NCBI GenBank assembly: GCA_937925335.1 | Contig: CALEWY010000038.1 | Location: 14,275 to 78,274 of the forward strand | Reading direction: 5' to 3' | From: an uncultured Acidimicrobiales bacterium | GTDB lineage: Bacteria > Actinomycetota > Acidimicrobiia > Acidimicrobiales > SZUA-35 | DNA: 64,000 nucleotides | Shown: positions 30,069 to 40,657 of the stretch, piece after piece | Position numbering within the stretch: position 1 is the first letter of the stretch | Layout: each line of letters opens with the position of its first letter | Notes under the pieces: generated by a model | Told to the model about the DNA's origin: nothing | Database searches by the model: none | What the model saw: the letters and a program-made list of their open reading frames with translations, nothing else | Position numbers and translations under genes: made by a program

Positions 30069-31262
30069 ATGTCGACGCCTCGCACGATTCCGCTGGATCG
30101 AGCTCGACGCATCGCGCTTGCGTCCCAGGGGTTTGCCGACCCCGCACCAACCGGGGCGGTCAACGTCCGTCACTTTCGGCGGGCGCTCGAGCGAATGTCG
30201 ATCCTGCAGCTCGACTCGGTCAACGTTTGCGCTCGTTCCCACTTCATGCCGATGCTCGCTCGCCTCGGTCCCTACGACCGTGATCGTCTCGACGATTGGA
30301 TCTGGCGCTCCGGCGAGAACATGGAGTACCTCGCACACGAGGCATCGATTACGTCGATGAGCCTGCAGCCGTTGCTGCGGTCACGGATGAAGAGCGATCG
30401 TTGGAAGATGGCGAGCCGGCTGGAGTCGGAACTGCCGGGCTATCTCAAGGCCGTGCGAGACGAGGTGGAGGCACTTGGACCACTGTCGGTCTCTGATCTG
30501 TCAGATCCCGGCGGCCGGACCGGACCGTGGTGGGGGTACTCCAAGGGGAAGTGGGCGCTTGAAGCGCTGTACGTCACCGGCGAGTTGGCGATCCACGAAC
30601 GAACCAAGACATTCCTGACCGTCTACGACATCCCCGAGCGAGTGATCGACCCAGCGATCGCTTCACAACCAACGCCGAGTGATGATGAGGCTCACCGTCA
30701 GATGCTGCTCCTCGGTGCGAAGAGCCACGGCATCGGAACGGCCACCGATATCGCTGACTACTTCCGGCTCAAGATGCCGGTGGCCCGCCCACTTCTCGCC
30801 CAGCTGGCCGATGAGGGAGCGCTCGAGCTAGTGAACGTCGATGGATGGAAGGGCCCCGTCTACCTTCACCCGCAGGCGCGAGCGCCTCGATCGATCAACG
30901 CCTCGACCTTCCTCAGCCCGTTCGATCCGGTCGTGTGGTTCCGAGACCGTGCCGAGCGATTGTTCGACTTTCACTACCGCATCGAGATCTACGTCCCAGA
31001 GAAGAAGCGGGTGCACGGCTACTACGTGCTGCCATTCCTTATGGGTGACGAGCTGGTCGGTCGAGTCGACCTCAAGGCCGACCGGAAGGCGGGCCGGCTT
31101 CTCGCCAAGGCTGCGTTCGCCGAGCCAGCAACCGATCGCGTTGCGACCGCACGGGCGATGGCGGTCAAGCTGCACGAAATGGCGGCGTGGCTTGGTCTCG
31201 ACGCGGTCGATGTCGGCCGCAAGGGAGATCTCGCGAGCGAGCTCCGCAAAGCGGTCGGGTAG
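30069..31262 (+). CDS. YcaQ/AlkZ family (HTH_42) crosslink-repair DNA glycosylase
   Basis: LQLDSVNV (QxD motif), LSPFDP.VW.R.R, FDFHYRIEIYVP..KR.HGYYVLP. Confidence 0.92.
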   Translation: MSTPRTIPLDRARRIALASQGFADPAPTGAVNVRHFRRALERMSILQLDSVNVCARSHFMPMLARLGPYDRDRLDDWIWRSGENMEYLAHEASITSMSLQPLLRSRMKSDRWKMASRLESELPGYLKAVRDEVEALGPLSVSDLSDPGGRTGPWWGYSKGKWALEALYVTGELAIHERTKTFLTVYDIPERVIDPAIASQPTPSDDEAHRQMLLLGAKSHGIGTATDIADYFRLKMPVARPLLAQLADEGALELVNVDGWKGPVYLHPQARAPRSINASTFLSPFDPVVWFRDRAERLFDFHYRIEIYVPEKKRVHGYYVLPFLMGDELVGRVDLKADRKAGRLLAKAAFAEPATDRVATARAMAVKLHEMAAWLGLDAVDVGRKGDLASELRKAVG

Positions 31263-31706
31263 TTGAGCGACTCGATCGGCACCCGCGTCACGGCGAGCGT
31301 GCTTGCGCTCGCGCTCGGCGGGGTTGGCTGGCTTGGATGGGTCGAATCGGGCTCGGTTGTGCGTAACAGCTACGAGATGTTTCGTGCTGCACAGCGCCTG
31401 GGTCTCGATGTGTTGACGCCGCTGCGGGTGGTTTGGTTTCTCGTGCCGGTCGCTTCGCTGCTCGTCGTGGTGCTGATGGCTGCTGGTTTCGTTCGCAGTG
31501 GTCTCGGGGTCCTTGTGCTCGAGGCGTTGCTCGTCGGAGCGGCAGGTGTTGCCGTTCTGGTCGTCGGTGTTCGTGGTGGGATTGGCTCGCTCGTCGGTGT
31601 CGCCTTGGCGGGGGCGGTTGTGGCCTTGATCATCAGTGATGTGATCAGGCGCGTCCGCCTCCGTCGCTCCAACGACGGCGAGGTTGGACACCCGGCCGGG
31701 GGCTAG
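31263..31706 (+). CDS. Hypothetical membrane protein
   Basis: Four hydrophobic segments; abuts the upstream stop codon. Confidence 0.7.
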   Translation: MSDSIGTRVTASVLALALGGVGWLGWVESGSVVRNSYEMFRAAQRLGLDVLTPLRVVWFLVPVASLLVVVLMAAGFVRSGLGVLVLEALLVGAAGVAVLVVGVRGGIGSLVGVALAGAVVALIISDVIRRVRLRRSNDGEVGHPAGG

Positions 31707-31736
31707 CTCGTCGATCACATCAGCGCGGACCCCGGC

Positions 31737-31786
31737 GCTGATTGCAGTGCTGTTTGCAGTGATGTTTGCAGTGCTGATTGCAGTGC
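31737..31786. repeat. 12-bp tandem repeat GMTGWTTGCAGT x4
   Basis: Read directly; intergenic, upstream of the gene at 31868. Confidence 0.85.
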
Positions 31787-31867
31787 CAGTGAGGTCTTGG
31801 CCGCAGTGCGTTCCTCAAGTGCAGGGGGCGACACGTCGATGCCCCTTGGGTGAACCACACTTTCCCG

Positions 31868-34039
31868 ATGAACGGTGACCCGTCGATGCCCGAGCGCCCG
31901 AACCCGCCCGCGTCGCCAGGGAGCGCGCCATCGGACCAGCCAGCGCCTCCGCACCACCATGCGCCCGAGCCGCCGCCGGCCCAGTATCCATCGGCTCAGC
32001 AAGCGCCGGCGCAGCAGCCGCCGGCGCAGTTTCCGCCAGCGCAGTATCCGTCTGCTCAGCAGCCGCCGGCCCAGCAACCGTCACCCCAGTGGGCCGCTCC
32101 CGCTGCGCCCACCCAGGCTGCGCCCACCCAGGCTGCGCCCATCCAGCCCGGCTCGTTCCAGCCGGCACCCAGCTCGGCCGCAGCATCGGTGGGCCCCGTC
32201 GAGTTGCTCGATTCGGTGTCGTCAACGCAGACGACCAGCACCGCCGTCACGAAGAAGCCATCCAGTTTCCTGCGGGTTGGTCTGATCGGTGCGCTCGGCA
32301 TGGTCGGCGTCGCTGGAGCGTTCGCGGTGCAGAGCGCACTGAGCGAACCAGCAGGTCCACAATCGCCCGACGACGCTGTGGGCGCCCTGTTCACTGCGAT
32401 CGAGAATGAAGATGTGCTCGGAGCGGCCGAGGTGCTGTTGCCGAGCGAACGGGAAAGCCTTGTCGAACCTTCACTCGAGCTGTTCGCCGAGATCGAACGT
32501 ATTGGTGTCGTCGAAGAGGGAACCGATCTGAATTCGGTCGGTGGTGTCGATATTGAGATCGATGGGTTGACCTATGAGTCGACACCGATTGGCGATGGCG
32601 TCGTCAACGTTGTGGTCACCGGCGGAACGGTGACGACGACCACCAACCCCTCCGAACTACCGGTCGGCAGTGCGCTGACGGATCGCATGGACGAACCGCT
32701 CGAGTCCCAGCCGACCGAGGTCGACGTCGACGACCTTGGTGACAACGAGCTGCGGTTCACCGTCGTCGAGGAAGACGGCGGTTGGTACGTGAGCGTCTGG
32801 TACACGGCCGCTGAAGCGGTTCGAGCCGTTGAAGGTAGACCGGCTCCCGTGTTCGGCGAAGGGCCGCTTCCGGTTGGGGCATCGAGCCCCGAAGCCGTGA
32901 TCGAGCAGATGGCCGCCGAGATGGTTGAGCTCGATTGGGAGGGTGTCCTCACGCTGATGGACCCGCGAGAAGCCCGAGTCTTGTACGACTATTCGCCGCT
33001 CGTGCTGCCCGAGTGGCAAGCATCGACCAACGAGTTTCGCAACGAGGTAGCCGGCGCAACGTGGTCGCTCGACAGCCTCGAGACCTCCACTTCGGAGCGA
33101 CGTGGACAGACCGTCGTCACCGTCGACGGGTTCGCCTTCAGCGTGGCTGACCAGGGTGAGTCCTACACCGTGAACTACGACGGCCGGTGTTTCAACTGGA
33201 GCGACCAATACAGCACTGAAACGATCTGTGATGACGAGCTTGCGGAACCGATCTTTGGTGTTGGCGCTGGCATGACCGGCGTCGACGCTGGGTTCGTCGT
33301 CGTCGAACGTGACGGCCGCTGGTATCTCTCGCTTGCTCCGACCGTCATCGGCGGAGTCACCGATCAACTCGCCACGGTCGAAACCGGCGCCTTTGATGAG
33401 TGGATCGAGAGCTGGTTCGACGAGCTCCTGAGGGAGTTTGGCCTTGGGACAACGGCGGCCGACCGGTTCGAAGCGATCGAGGGGCCGATCGCCGCGGAAG
33501 AGATCCCAACGACGACTGGCCCGGCCGAATTCGCCGAGCCAGAACTCCAAACAACGGGTCCCCCCGCTACCGATCAATCGGCTCCACCGGAGACGATTGC
33601 CCCCGGGCAAACAACCACTGTTCCCGCACCGACGCCAGAGGCCACATCGGCCCCGTTCACAACCGGCGTGCCGACGCCAGATCAGCTGGCCGATTACCGT
33701 TGGGATCGCGACGCCTTCCTTGCCGATGGGCAAGTGTTTACGTCGAGCCCGGGTTGGTGGATCGATCCGACAGGACCGGTCGCCGTTTCTGCCGTCTCGG
33801 TGTGGAGCTCGACTGGTGACGCGTTCCTTGAGATCGCCGAGTTCAGCTCAGAGACCGACGCTCGTTCATCGCTCACGTCTGTGAGCGAGCTCACCAACGA
33901 CAAGACCGACGTGTCCATGTTCGGTCTGCGTTTCGTCATCGTCGATCGCTTTGTCATCGTCTCTACCGATGACGATGCGGGACGCAACCTTGCCTTTGCC
34001 CAGGCCGAGCACCTGTCGCTCTACCTCGAAGGCCAGTAG
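31868..34039 (+). CDS. Membrane-anchored hypothetical protein with a Pro/Gln-rich N-terminus and an acidic extracellular region
   Basis: PPAQYP/PTQAA repeats, one TM helix, two similar domains each ending in ExDGxWY. Confidence 0.8.
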   Translation: MNGDPSMPERPNPPASPGSAPSDQPAPPHHHAPEPPPAQYPSAQQAPAQQPPAQFPPAQYPSAQQPPAQQPSPQWAAPAAPTQAAPTQAAPIQPGSFQPAPSSAAASVGPVELLDSVSSTQTTSTAVTKKPSSFLRVGLIGALGMVGVAGAFAVQSALSEPAGPQSPDDAVGALFTAIENEDVLGAAEVLLPSERESLVEPSLELFAEIERIGVVEEGTDLNSVGGVDIEIDGLTYESTPIGDGVVNVVVTGGTVTTTTNPSELPVGSALTDRMDEPLESQPTEVDVDDLGDNELRFTVVEEDGGWYVSVWYTAAEAVRAVEGRPAPVFGEGPLPVGASSPEAVIEQMAAEMVELDWEGVLTLMDPREARVLYDYSPLVLPEWQASTNEFRNEVAGATWSLDSLETSTSERRGQTVVTVDGFAFSVADQGESYTVNYDGRCFNWSDQYSTETICDDELAEPIFGVGAGMTGVDAGFVVVERDGRWYLSLAPTVIGGVTDQLATVETGAFDEWIESWFDELLREFGLGTTAADRFEAIEGPIAAEEIPTTTGPAEFAEPELQTTGPPATDQSAPPETIAPGQTTTVPAPTPEATSAPFTTGVPTPDQLADYRWDRDAFLADGQVFTSSPGWWIDPTGPVAVSAVSVWSSTGDAFLEIAEFSSETDARSSLTSVSELTNDKTDVSMFGLRFVIVDRFVIVSTDDDAGRNLAFAQAEHLSLYLEGQ

Positions 34040-34048
34040 GTTCAGGCG

Positions 34049-34441
34049 ATGCCAACCCTTTCTTTCGACGGCGAGACCCACGACGAAATCACCCAAAAGG
34101 TCCGCCGTTGGCTGGCCTCGGTCGATGGTGACATCGCGGGCCCGATGGGTATCGCTGATGTCGTGAACTCCTCGGCCGAGCTGACGAAGGATGCTCTGCA
34201 GGTGATTGCAAAGTCAGCTCCCGGCGGGGTTGGTGAAAGCGACATCGTGAAGGCGCTCACGACGATGGGATATAAGGCGACTGATGCGACCCGAAGTGGC
34301 GTGCTCGGAAGCCTCGATGCCATCGAAACCGCCACCGGTGGTTCGGTCGTCAAGAACGTCGCTGAGCGCGGGACCAAGGCGGTTTTCGAGATGAACGCGG
34401 CGATCGCCAAGCAGATCCTCAAACAAGCCGTGAAAGACTGA
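34049..34441 (+). CDS. Hypothetical protein
   Basis: 130-aa ORF with typical codon usage between two genes on the same strand. Confidence 0.75.
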   Translation: MPTLSFDGETHDEITQKVRRWLASVDGDIAGPMGIADVVNSSAELTKDALQVIAKSAPGGVGESDIVKALTTMGYKATDATRSGVLGSLDAIETATGGSVVKNVAERGTKAVFEMNAAIAKQILKQAVKD

Positions 34442-34535
34442 CGTTCGAGACCCTTCTTACGAGCGGTCTCCGTTAGTCTGACCTCTTCCCTCGGCGAGCT
34501 GAGACGTTCGCTGGCACCGCAGGAAGGGCAGCTGC

Positions 34536-35642
34536 ATGGCCGAGATCGAGATTGGACTCGGAAAATCGGGGCGTCGGGCGTTTAGCCTCGACCAACTGGC
34601 GCTCGTGCCGAGTCGTCGTACCCGCGATCAGGAGAAGGTGGATCTGTCTTGGCAGATCGACGCCTACCGGTTCGAACTTCCGTTCCTTGCGTCACCAATG
34701 GACTCCGTCGTCAGCCCGGAGCGGGCTATTGAAATCGATGGCCTCGGCGGGGCGGGTGTGCTCGATCTTGAGGGTGTGTGGGTTCGTCATGACGACCCGT
34801 CCAGCGACCTCGCCGAGATCGCCGAGATGGATCACGACGCCGCTCAGGCTCGTCTTCGTGAGCTCTACTCCGCACCGGTCGATTACGACCTCGTCACCCA
34901 GCGCATCAAAGCCATCCACGCAGCCGGTGCGTACGCCGCTGGATCGGTATCGCCCAAGCGCGTGGCCGCCATGGCAGAGACGCTGCTCAACGCCGAGCTC
35001 GATCTTCTCGTCATCTCGGGCACCGTCATCTCTGCGGAGCACGTGTCCGATTCTGAGCCGCTCAACTTGAAGCAGTTCGTGCGTGAGCTTGAGACGCCGG
35101 TGATCGTCGGCGGCTGTGCGAGCTACCAAGCGGCACTTCACCTGATGCGAACCGGTGCGGCCGGTGTGCTCGTTGGTGTCGATGGCGGCCGTGCTGCCAC
35201 AACTCACAGCGTCACCGGCATTGGTTCACCGATGGCAACAGCGATCGCTGATGTGCGCGCCGCTCGGATGCGTCACCTCGACGAGACGGGTGTCTACGTC
35301 CACGTGATCGCCGATGGTGGACTTCGCTCCGGTGGTGACATCGCCAAGGCTGTTGCTTGCGGCGCTGATGCCGTCATGCTCGGTTCGGCGCTCGCTGGTG
35401 CCGACGGTGCACCCGGTGGTTCGTGGCACTGGGGCCGCACAGCCGTTCACCCCGATCTTCCTCAGGGTCGCCTCGTCGAGCTCGATTCGGTTGGTTCGTT
35501 GACCGAGGTGCTGACGGGACCGTCAACTCGTTCCGACGGTCGGGCCAACATCTTTGGGTCGTTGCGCCAGTCGATGGCGACCCTTGGTTATGAGACCGTG
35601 AAAGAACTGCAGAAGGCAGAACTCGTCGTGGTCGAGTCATGA
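34536..35642 (+). CDS. guaB3: GuaB3 family IMP dehydrogenase-related protein
   Basis: [50 protein letters not shown]. Confidence 0.93.
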   Translation: MAEIEIGLGKSGRRAFSLDQLALVPSRRTRDQEKVDLSWQIDAYRFELPFLASPMDSVVSPERAIEIDGLGGAGVLDLEGVWVRHDDPSSDLAEIAEMDHDAAQARLRELYSAPVDYDLVTQRIKAIHAAGAYAAGSVSPKRVAAMAETLLNAELDLLVISGTVISAEHVSDSEPLNLKQFVRELETPVIVGGCASYQAALHLMRTGAAGVLVGVDGGRAATTHSVTGIGSPMATAIADVRAARMRHLDETGVYVHVIADGGLRSGGDIAKAVACGADAVMLGSALAGADGAPGGSWHWGRTAVHPDLPQGRLVELDSVGSLTEVLTGPSTRSDGRANIFGSLRQSMATLGYETVKELQKAELVVVES

Positions 35643-37261
35643 CCGTCAACTCTGAGACGACCAGTTCTGATTCCCCGAACGCTGATTCTCTGAACGATGC
35701 GGCGAACGCCGCCACCGCTGCCCCTGATCAAGTTGTTCTCGTCGTCGACTTTGGTGCGCAGTACGCCCAACTCATCGCTCGCCGAGTGCGCGAGCTGAAG
35801 GTGTACTCCGAGATCGTTCCGCACACGATCAGTGCGGCTGATGTCGCAGCCAAGGAACCGACCGCAATCGTGTTGTCCGGTGGCCCAAAGAGCGTCAACG
35901 TCGAGGGAGCACCTGCGCTCGACCCGGCCATCTACGACCTCGGAATCCCGATACTTGGTATTTGCTACGGCGCCCAGCTGATCGCTCAACAGCTCGGTGG
36001 TGTTGTTGGTCGCGAAGATCGTGGCGAATACGGCCGCACCGTGATGAACCGCATCGAGGGGTCGAACTCGGCGCTCTTGCACGATGGCATCCCGGCCGAA
36101 CAGGTCGTGTGGATGAGCCACTTCGACGCGATCACCGACGTTCCTGATGGGTTCGTTGCGACCGCGTCGACGCCGAACGCTCCGGTCGCTGCGTTTGAGA
36201 GCATCGAGCGCAAGATCTACGCCGTTCAGTACCACCCCGAGGTTGGCCACACGCCCCACGGGATGGAAGTGATCGAGCAGTTCTTGTGGCGTGAAGCCGG
36301 GTGTGACCCGAGCTGGACCATGGGATCGATCATCGAAGCGTCGGTAGCGGCCATCCAGGCACAAATCGGCGACGGACGGGCCATCTGTGGTTTGTCCGGT
36401 GGTGTCGATTCGGCTGTCGCTGCCGCACTCGTGCACAAGGCGATCGGCCACCGGCTGACCTGTGTGTACGTCGACACCGGCCTCATGCGATTGAACGAGT
36501 CCGACCAAGTGGTTGAGACGTTCCAGAAGCACCAGGGCATGGAGTTGATCCATGTTCGGGCTGCCGATGAGTTCTTCGCCAAGCTCGACGGTGTCGTCGA
36601 GCCGGAAGCCAAGCGCAAGGCGATCGGCGAACACTTCATCCGTGTCTTCGAAGCCGCATCGGGCGGTATCGACGACGCCGACTTCTTGGTGCAGGGAACC
36701 CTCTATCCCGACGTCATCGAGTCCGGCACAGGAGACGCTGCGAAGATCAAGAGTCACCACAACGTCGGTGGACTGCCTGACGATCTCGAGTTCGATCTCG
36801 TCGAACCGCTCCGAAACCTCTTCAAAGACGAGGTTCGTGAAGTCGGTTCCCAGCTGGGGTTGCCGGACGAGATCGTGCAGCGTCAACCGTTCCCTGGCCC
36901 CGGTCTGGGTGTTCGCATCATCGGTGAGGTCACACCCGAGAAGGTGGAGATCCTTCAGCACGCCGACGCGATCGTTCGCGAAGAGATTGCGTCTGCTGGC
37001 CTCGAACGAGATCTCTGGCAGTCTTTCGCCGTTCTCGCCGACATCAAGACCGTCGGCGTGATGGGCGACGAGCGCACCTATGCGCATCCGGTCATCATCC
37101 GCGCCGTCACGTCCGATGACGCAATGACCGCCGACTGGGCGCGTCTTCCCTACGACCTCCTCGAGCGGATGAGCAATCGCATCATCAACGAGGTCGACGG
37201 GGTCAACCGAGTGGCGTACGACATCACGTCAAAGCCCCCCGGCACCATCGAGTGGGAGTAG
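35639..37261 (+). CDS. guaA: GMP synthase (glutamine-hydrolysing)
   Basis: [40 protein letters not shown]. Confidence 0.99.
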   Translation: MTVNSETTSSDSPNADSLNDAANAATAAPDQVVLVVDFGAQYAQLIARRVRELKVYSEIVPHTISAADVAAKEPTAIVLSGGPKSVNVEGAPALDPAIYDLGIPILGICYGAQLIAQQLGGVVGREDRGEYGRTVMNRIEGSNSALLHDGIPAEQVVWMSHFDAITDVPDGFVATASTPNAPVAAFESIERKIYAVQYHPEVGHTPHGMEVIEQFLWREAGCDPSWTMGSIIEASVAAIQAQIGDGRAICGLSGGVDSAVAAALVHKAIGHRLTCVYVDTGLMRLNESDQVVETFQKHQGMELIHVRAADEFFAKLDGVVEPEAKRKAIGEHFIRVFEAASGGIDDADFLVQGTLYPDVIESGTGDAAKIKSHHNVGGLPDDLEFDLVEPLRNLFKDEVREVGSQLGLPDEIVQRQPFPGPGLGVRIIGEVTPEKVEILQHADAIVREEIASAGLERDLWQSFAVLADIKTVGVMGDERTYAHPVIIRAVTSDDAMTADWARLPYDLLERMSNRIINEVDGVNRVAYDITSKPPGTIEWE

Positions 37262-37379
37262 CTGGCCCAACCAGCCACACCCAATCCAACAGCAGCACTT
37301 CGAGCGTCGAAGAACGCGCCCCAAACGCGCCCGAAACGCGCCGCAGGGAGTGACCCGTCCGAACACCAACCCGAACGCC

Positions 37380-37520
37380 CCGTTGACCCTCATCGACCTC
37401 AGAGGTGCGGCAGGTCGCACGATTCGCGATTCGCCTGGTAGTACGGCCGTTGACCCTCATCAACCTCTGAGGTGCGGCAGGTTGCGTGACCCTCATCGAC
37501 CTCAGAGGTGTGGCGGGTTG
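37380..37520. repeat. Three ~35-39-bp direct repeats with a palindromic ACCTC-W-GAGGT core
   Basis: TGACCCTCATCRACCTCWGAGGTG at 37384, 37451 and 37487. Confidence 0.88.
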
Positions 37521-37541
37521 AACGCGTGAAATTGGGAGGGG

Positions 37542-38954
37542 TTAGGTGTCTTTGGGGTAGGCGAAGACGACGATGAGTGCTGCGGCGGCGGTGAAGGCGA
37601 AGAAGAAGCCGTAGGCCCGGTCGAAGGCGGCGACGATGTCTGGCCGATCGGCGGCGCCGGTGAAGGCGACGGCTGCAGCGACTCCGACCGCTCCGGCGAC
37701 GTTGCGCAACATGTTGAACGCAGCGTTCATCGCACCCCATGCGAGCTCAGGTACAGCGGAGAGGGCGAAGCTGTTCATCGCTGGCGATGACAGGCCCCAG
37801 CCGAAACCGAACGAGAGAATGCCGGGCAAGAACGACGTGACGTAGCGCCCCTCGGCATCGAGCACGAGCCAACACCAGCCCACCGAAAAGACCATGAACA
37901 GGCTGCCGATCTGGATCGGCCAACGATGCCCGAATCGGTCGGCGACGCGCCCACCGACCAACGTCATCGTGGCCGCGGCAACCGGACCGGCGGTCAGCGC
38001 GAGCCCGATATCCAGCTTCGAGTAGTCCCAAATCCGACCCAGATACAGCGGCCACACCAGCCAGATCGAGAGGCTGGTGACCGAGACGAACGTGTTGGCG
38101 AGGCTCGTCATCCACACGCGTTGGTCGGCGAACAGACCCAGGTCGATCATCGGCTCGGGATGGCGCCGTGACTAGACCAAAAAGCCAACGATGCACGCCG
38201 CGGCGACAGCGAAGCACGTGATGGCGAGCGAACTCGACCAACCCCAGTCCTTCCCCTTTCCAACGCCGAAGACGGCGAGACCGATGCCGGCGGTGCCGAG
38301 CGCCGCTCCCAGAATGTCGAGCCGGCCAGACGGCGTGTCTGGCGTGACCTCATCGACATGACGCAGCGCAGCGACGACGACCACCGCTGCAATCGGGGCG
38401 CTTGCGAAGTAAAGCCAACGCCAGTCGCTGACCTGGAGCACTGCGGCCGACACGGTTGGAGCAATCGCAGCGGAGATCGGACCAGCAGCCGCCCAGGTTG
38501 CGACGGCGCTCGATCGGCGGCTGACGGGAAACAAAGGGAGCGCCATCGAGAGCGAGGCTGGGATGACGAGTGCACCACCGATCGACTGGACGAATCGGGC
38601 GGCGATCAGCACCCAGACGTTTGGGGCGACCGCAGAGATCAGCCCGGTAAGGCCAAACAGCACCACACCGAGCAGGAAGATCTTTCGTCGACCTTGGCGA
38701 TCGGCGATCCGGCCGGCGAGAGGGAGAAACGCCGCTGTGCCGACGAGATAGCCAGACGATACAAACCCGACCGTCGTCTCGGGATCGTCGGGGAACGACG
38801 CGGCGATGTCGCCGAATGCGATGTTGGTCGCCGTCCCGTTGAACCCCACCAGCACAAAACCTGCCGCGCCAACAGCGAGAGCCCGCCACGCCGCCGGCGA
38901 GATGCTCTCGCTCGGCCCCGTCTCGTCGATCGCCGTCGGCGCGTTGCTTGACAT
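37542..38954 (-). pseudogene. DHA2 MFS transporter interrupted by an in-frame TAG at 38172-38174
   Basis: The two ORFs are in the same frame and read ...GFLV*SRRHPEPMIDLGLF; motif A in both halves (GRIADRQGRR, GRVADRFGHR). Confidence 0.85.
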
Positions 38955-39234
38955 CGCTCGCACCCTCTCACCTTCCGCTGCCGGCTCCAACTCGGCGCCC
39001 GTTCCGCACATGGACTCGGAGCGCGTTGGTTGCCGGCCGGAACGTCGGCGGCGGCCAATCGTGTGATTGGAGCGCTGCGCGCTGGGTGCCGACGGCGGGT
39101 TCGGTGTGGGTTCTGGGTGCTGAGGGGTCAAGTCTCATTCGCTTTCAGGTTTTTGAGCTCCGAAGAGTCCGAGAAACCAAGCATCACACCGCCGCCCCAG
39201 TTCCGTCCGGCCCCGATTGCTCTACGCTCCGACG

Positions 39235-40518
39235 ATGCCGACCTCATCCGATCGACTCCTCCTCACCAACGCCACACTCTTCGACGGCACATCACAAGAG
39301 GTTCGAAGCGGGCTCGTCGACATTGCGATCGAGGATGGACGGATCGTCGAGGTCGGCTCAGACCTCTCGAGCGCCAGCGCAAGTGGCTCCAGAGAAGCGA
39401 GCGGAGCAGCGAACACAGATGAGGTCGAGACGATCGACTGCTCCGGCAAGCTCGTCACACCCGGACTCATCGATTGCCACGTGCACTTCATGGCCGACGG
39501 CGACTTCAGTCCGAACACTCACGCCCAGACGCCGTTTTCGATGAACTTTTTCCAAGCCGCCGAGCGAATGGAACGGACGCTCGCGTGTGGCATCACCACA
39601 GTTCGCGAAGCTGGCGGCAGCGACCTTGGCGTCAAGGAAGCGCAGGAGAAAGGGCTGATTGCGGGCCCGAGGATGCAGCTGTCGATCTCGATCCTTTCGC
39701 AAACGGGCGGACACGGCGACAACTGGGAGGTGTGCGGTGCACACATGCCGGGAATGCTCGACGCTCACCCCGGCCGCCCGCACAACATCGTCGATGGACC
39801 GGATGAGATGCGAATCAAGGTTCGTGAGCTGATTCGAGCCGGCGCCGACGTGATCAAGGTGTGCACATCAGGCGGAGTGCTGTCGCCTCGTGATGATCCT
39901 CAGCACCCACACTTCATGGCGGACGAGCTCGATGTTCTCGTTGCGGAAGCATCAGCGGCGCATCGGTTCGTCATGGCCCACGCCCAAGCCACCCAGGGCA
40001 TCAAGAATGCGGTGCGGGCGGGCATCCGCTCGATCGAACACGGCATTTACCTCGACGATGAGGCGATCGAAATGATGCTCGAGGCAGGCACCTATCTCGT
40101 GCCAACACTCATCGCTCCGATGGGCGTGATCGATGCGGCCGATCGTGGCGTCGACATGCCAGCCACCGTGATCGCAAAGGCCCGAGGTGTTGTTGAGGTC
40201 CACCGCCGATCGGTGGCCAATGCGATCGCAGCTGGCGTCAAGATCGCGATGGGAACCGATTCAGGAGTGACCCCTCACGGCCAGAACCTGCGCGAACTCG
40301 CCGAGATGGAGTCGCTCGGAATGACGCCGGGAGCGGTGCTTGAAGCAACGACACGCGTTGCCGCTGAGCTCATGGGGATCGACGATGAAATCGGGACGAT
40401 CGAGGTTGGCAAGGCTGCCGATCTGGTGGTGTTCGATGGCCCGACCTTGGATCTGAGCGACCTTCGTTCGCGGGTCGACACCGTGGTGCAGGCTGGCCGC
40501 CCCGTCGTTCACTCGTAG
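39235..40518 (+). CDS. Metal-dependent amidohydrolase (prolidase-like subgroup)
   Basis: PGLIDCHVH, GADVIKVCTSGG, MAHA, SIEHG, GTDSG, GKAADLV. Confidence 0.92.
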   Translation: MPTSSDRLLLTNATLFDGTSQEVRSGLVDIAIEDGRIVEVGSDLSSASASGSREASGAANTDEVETIDCSGKLVTPGLIDCHVHFMADGDFSPNTHAQTPFSMNFFQAAERMERTLACGITTVREAGGSDLGVKEAQEKGLIAGPRMQLSISILSQTGGHGDNWEVCGAHMPGMLDAHPGRPHNIVDGPDEMRIKVRELIRAGADVIKVCTSGGVLSPRDDPQHPHFMADELDVLVAEASAAHRFVMAHAQATQGIKNAVRAGIRSIEHGIYLDDEAIEMMLEAGTYLVPTLIAPMGVIDAADRGVDMPATVIAKARGVVEVHRRSVANAIAAGVKIAMGTDSGVTPHGQNLRELAEMESLGMTPGAVLEATTRVAAELMGIDDEIGTIEVGKAADLVVFDGPTLDLSDLRSRVDTVVQAGRPVVHS

Positions 40519-40532
40519 CGGCCGAGTCCAAC

Positions 40533-40620
40533 ACGCCCGGTCAAGACGCCCGGTTCGAGGCGCCGGGTTCGCGACGCCCGGTTCAAGAGGCCGAGTAAGA
40601 AACGCCCAGTTCAGGACACT
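40533..40620. repeat. Degenerate ~14-bp tandem repeats (ACGCCCGGTTCRAG) between convergent genes
   Basis: About five or six degenerate units read directly. Confidence 0.6.
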
Positions 40621-40657
40621 GAGCTCAGGAAAGCGGAGCGCTGTGGTGGCCGCTTGA

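Noticed and set aside
31960-32160. Repetitive DNA at the start of the gene at 31868
   Set aside because: Explained by in-frame Pro/Gln/Ala low-complexity coding sequence
37380-37520. CRISPR array
   Set aside because: Only three degenerate repeats, one spacer, two copies abutting, and no cas genes in the window
38172-38174. Pyrrolysine or genome-wide TAG recoding
   Set aside because: TAG is used as a normal stop in groES, groEL, guaA and pcrA; no pyl genes are present
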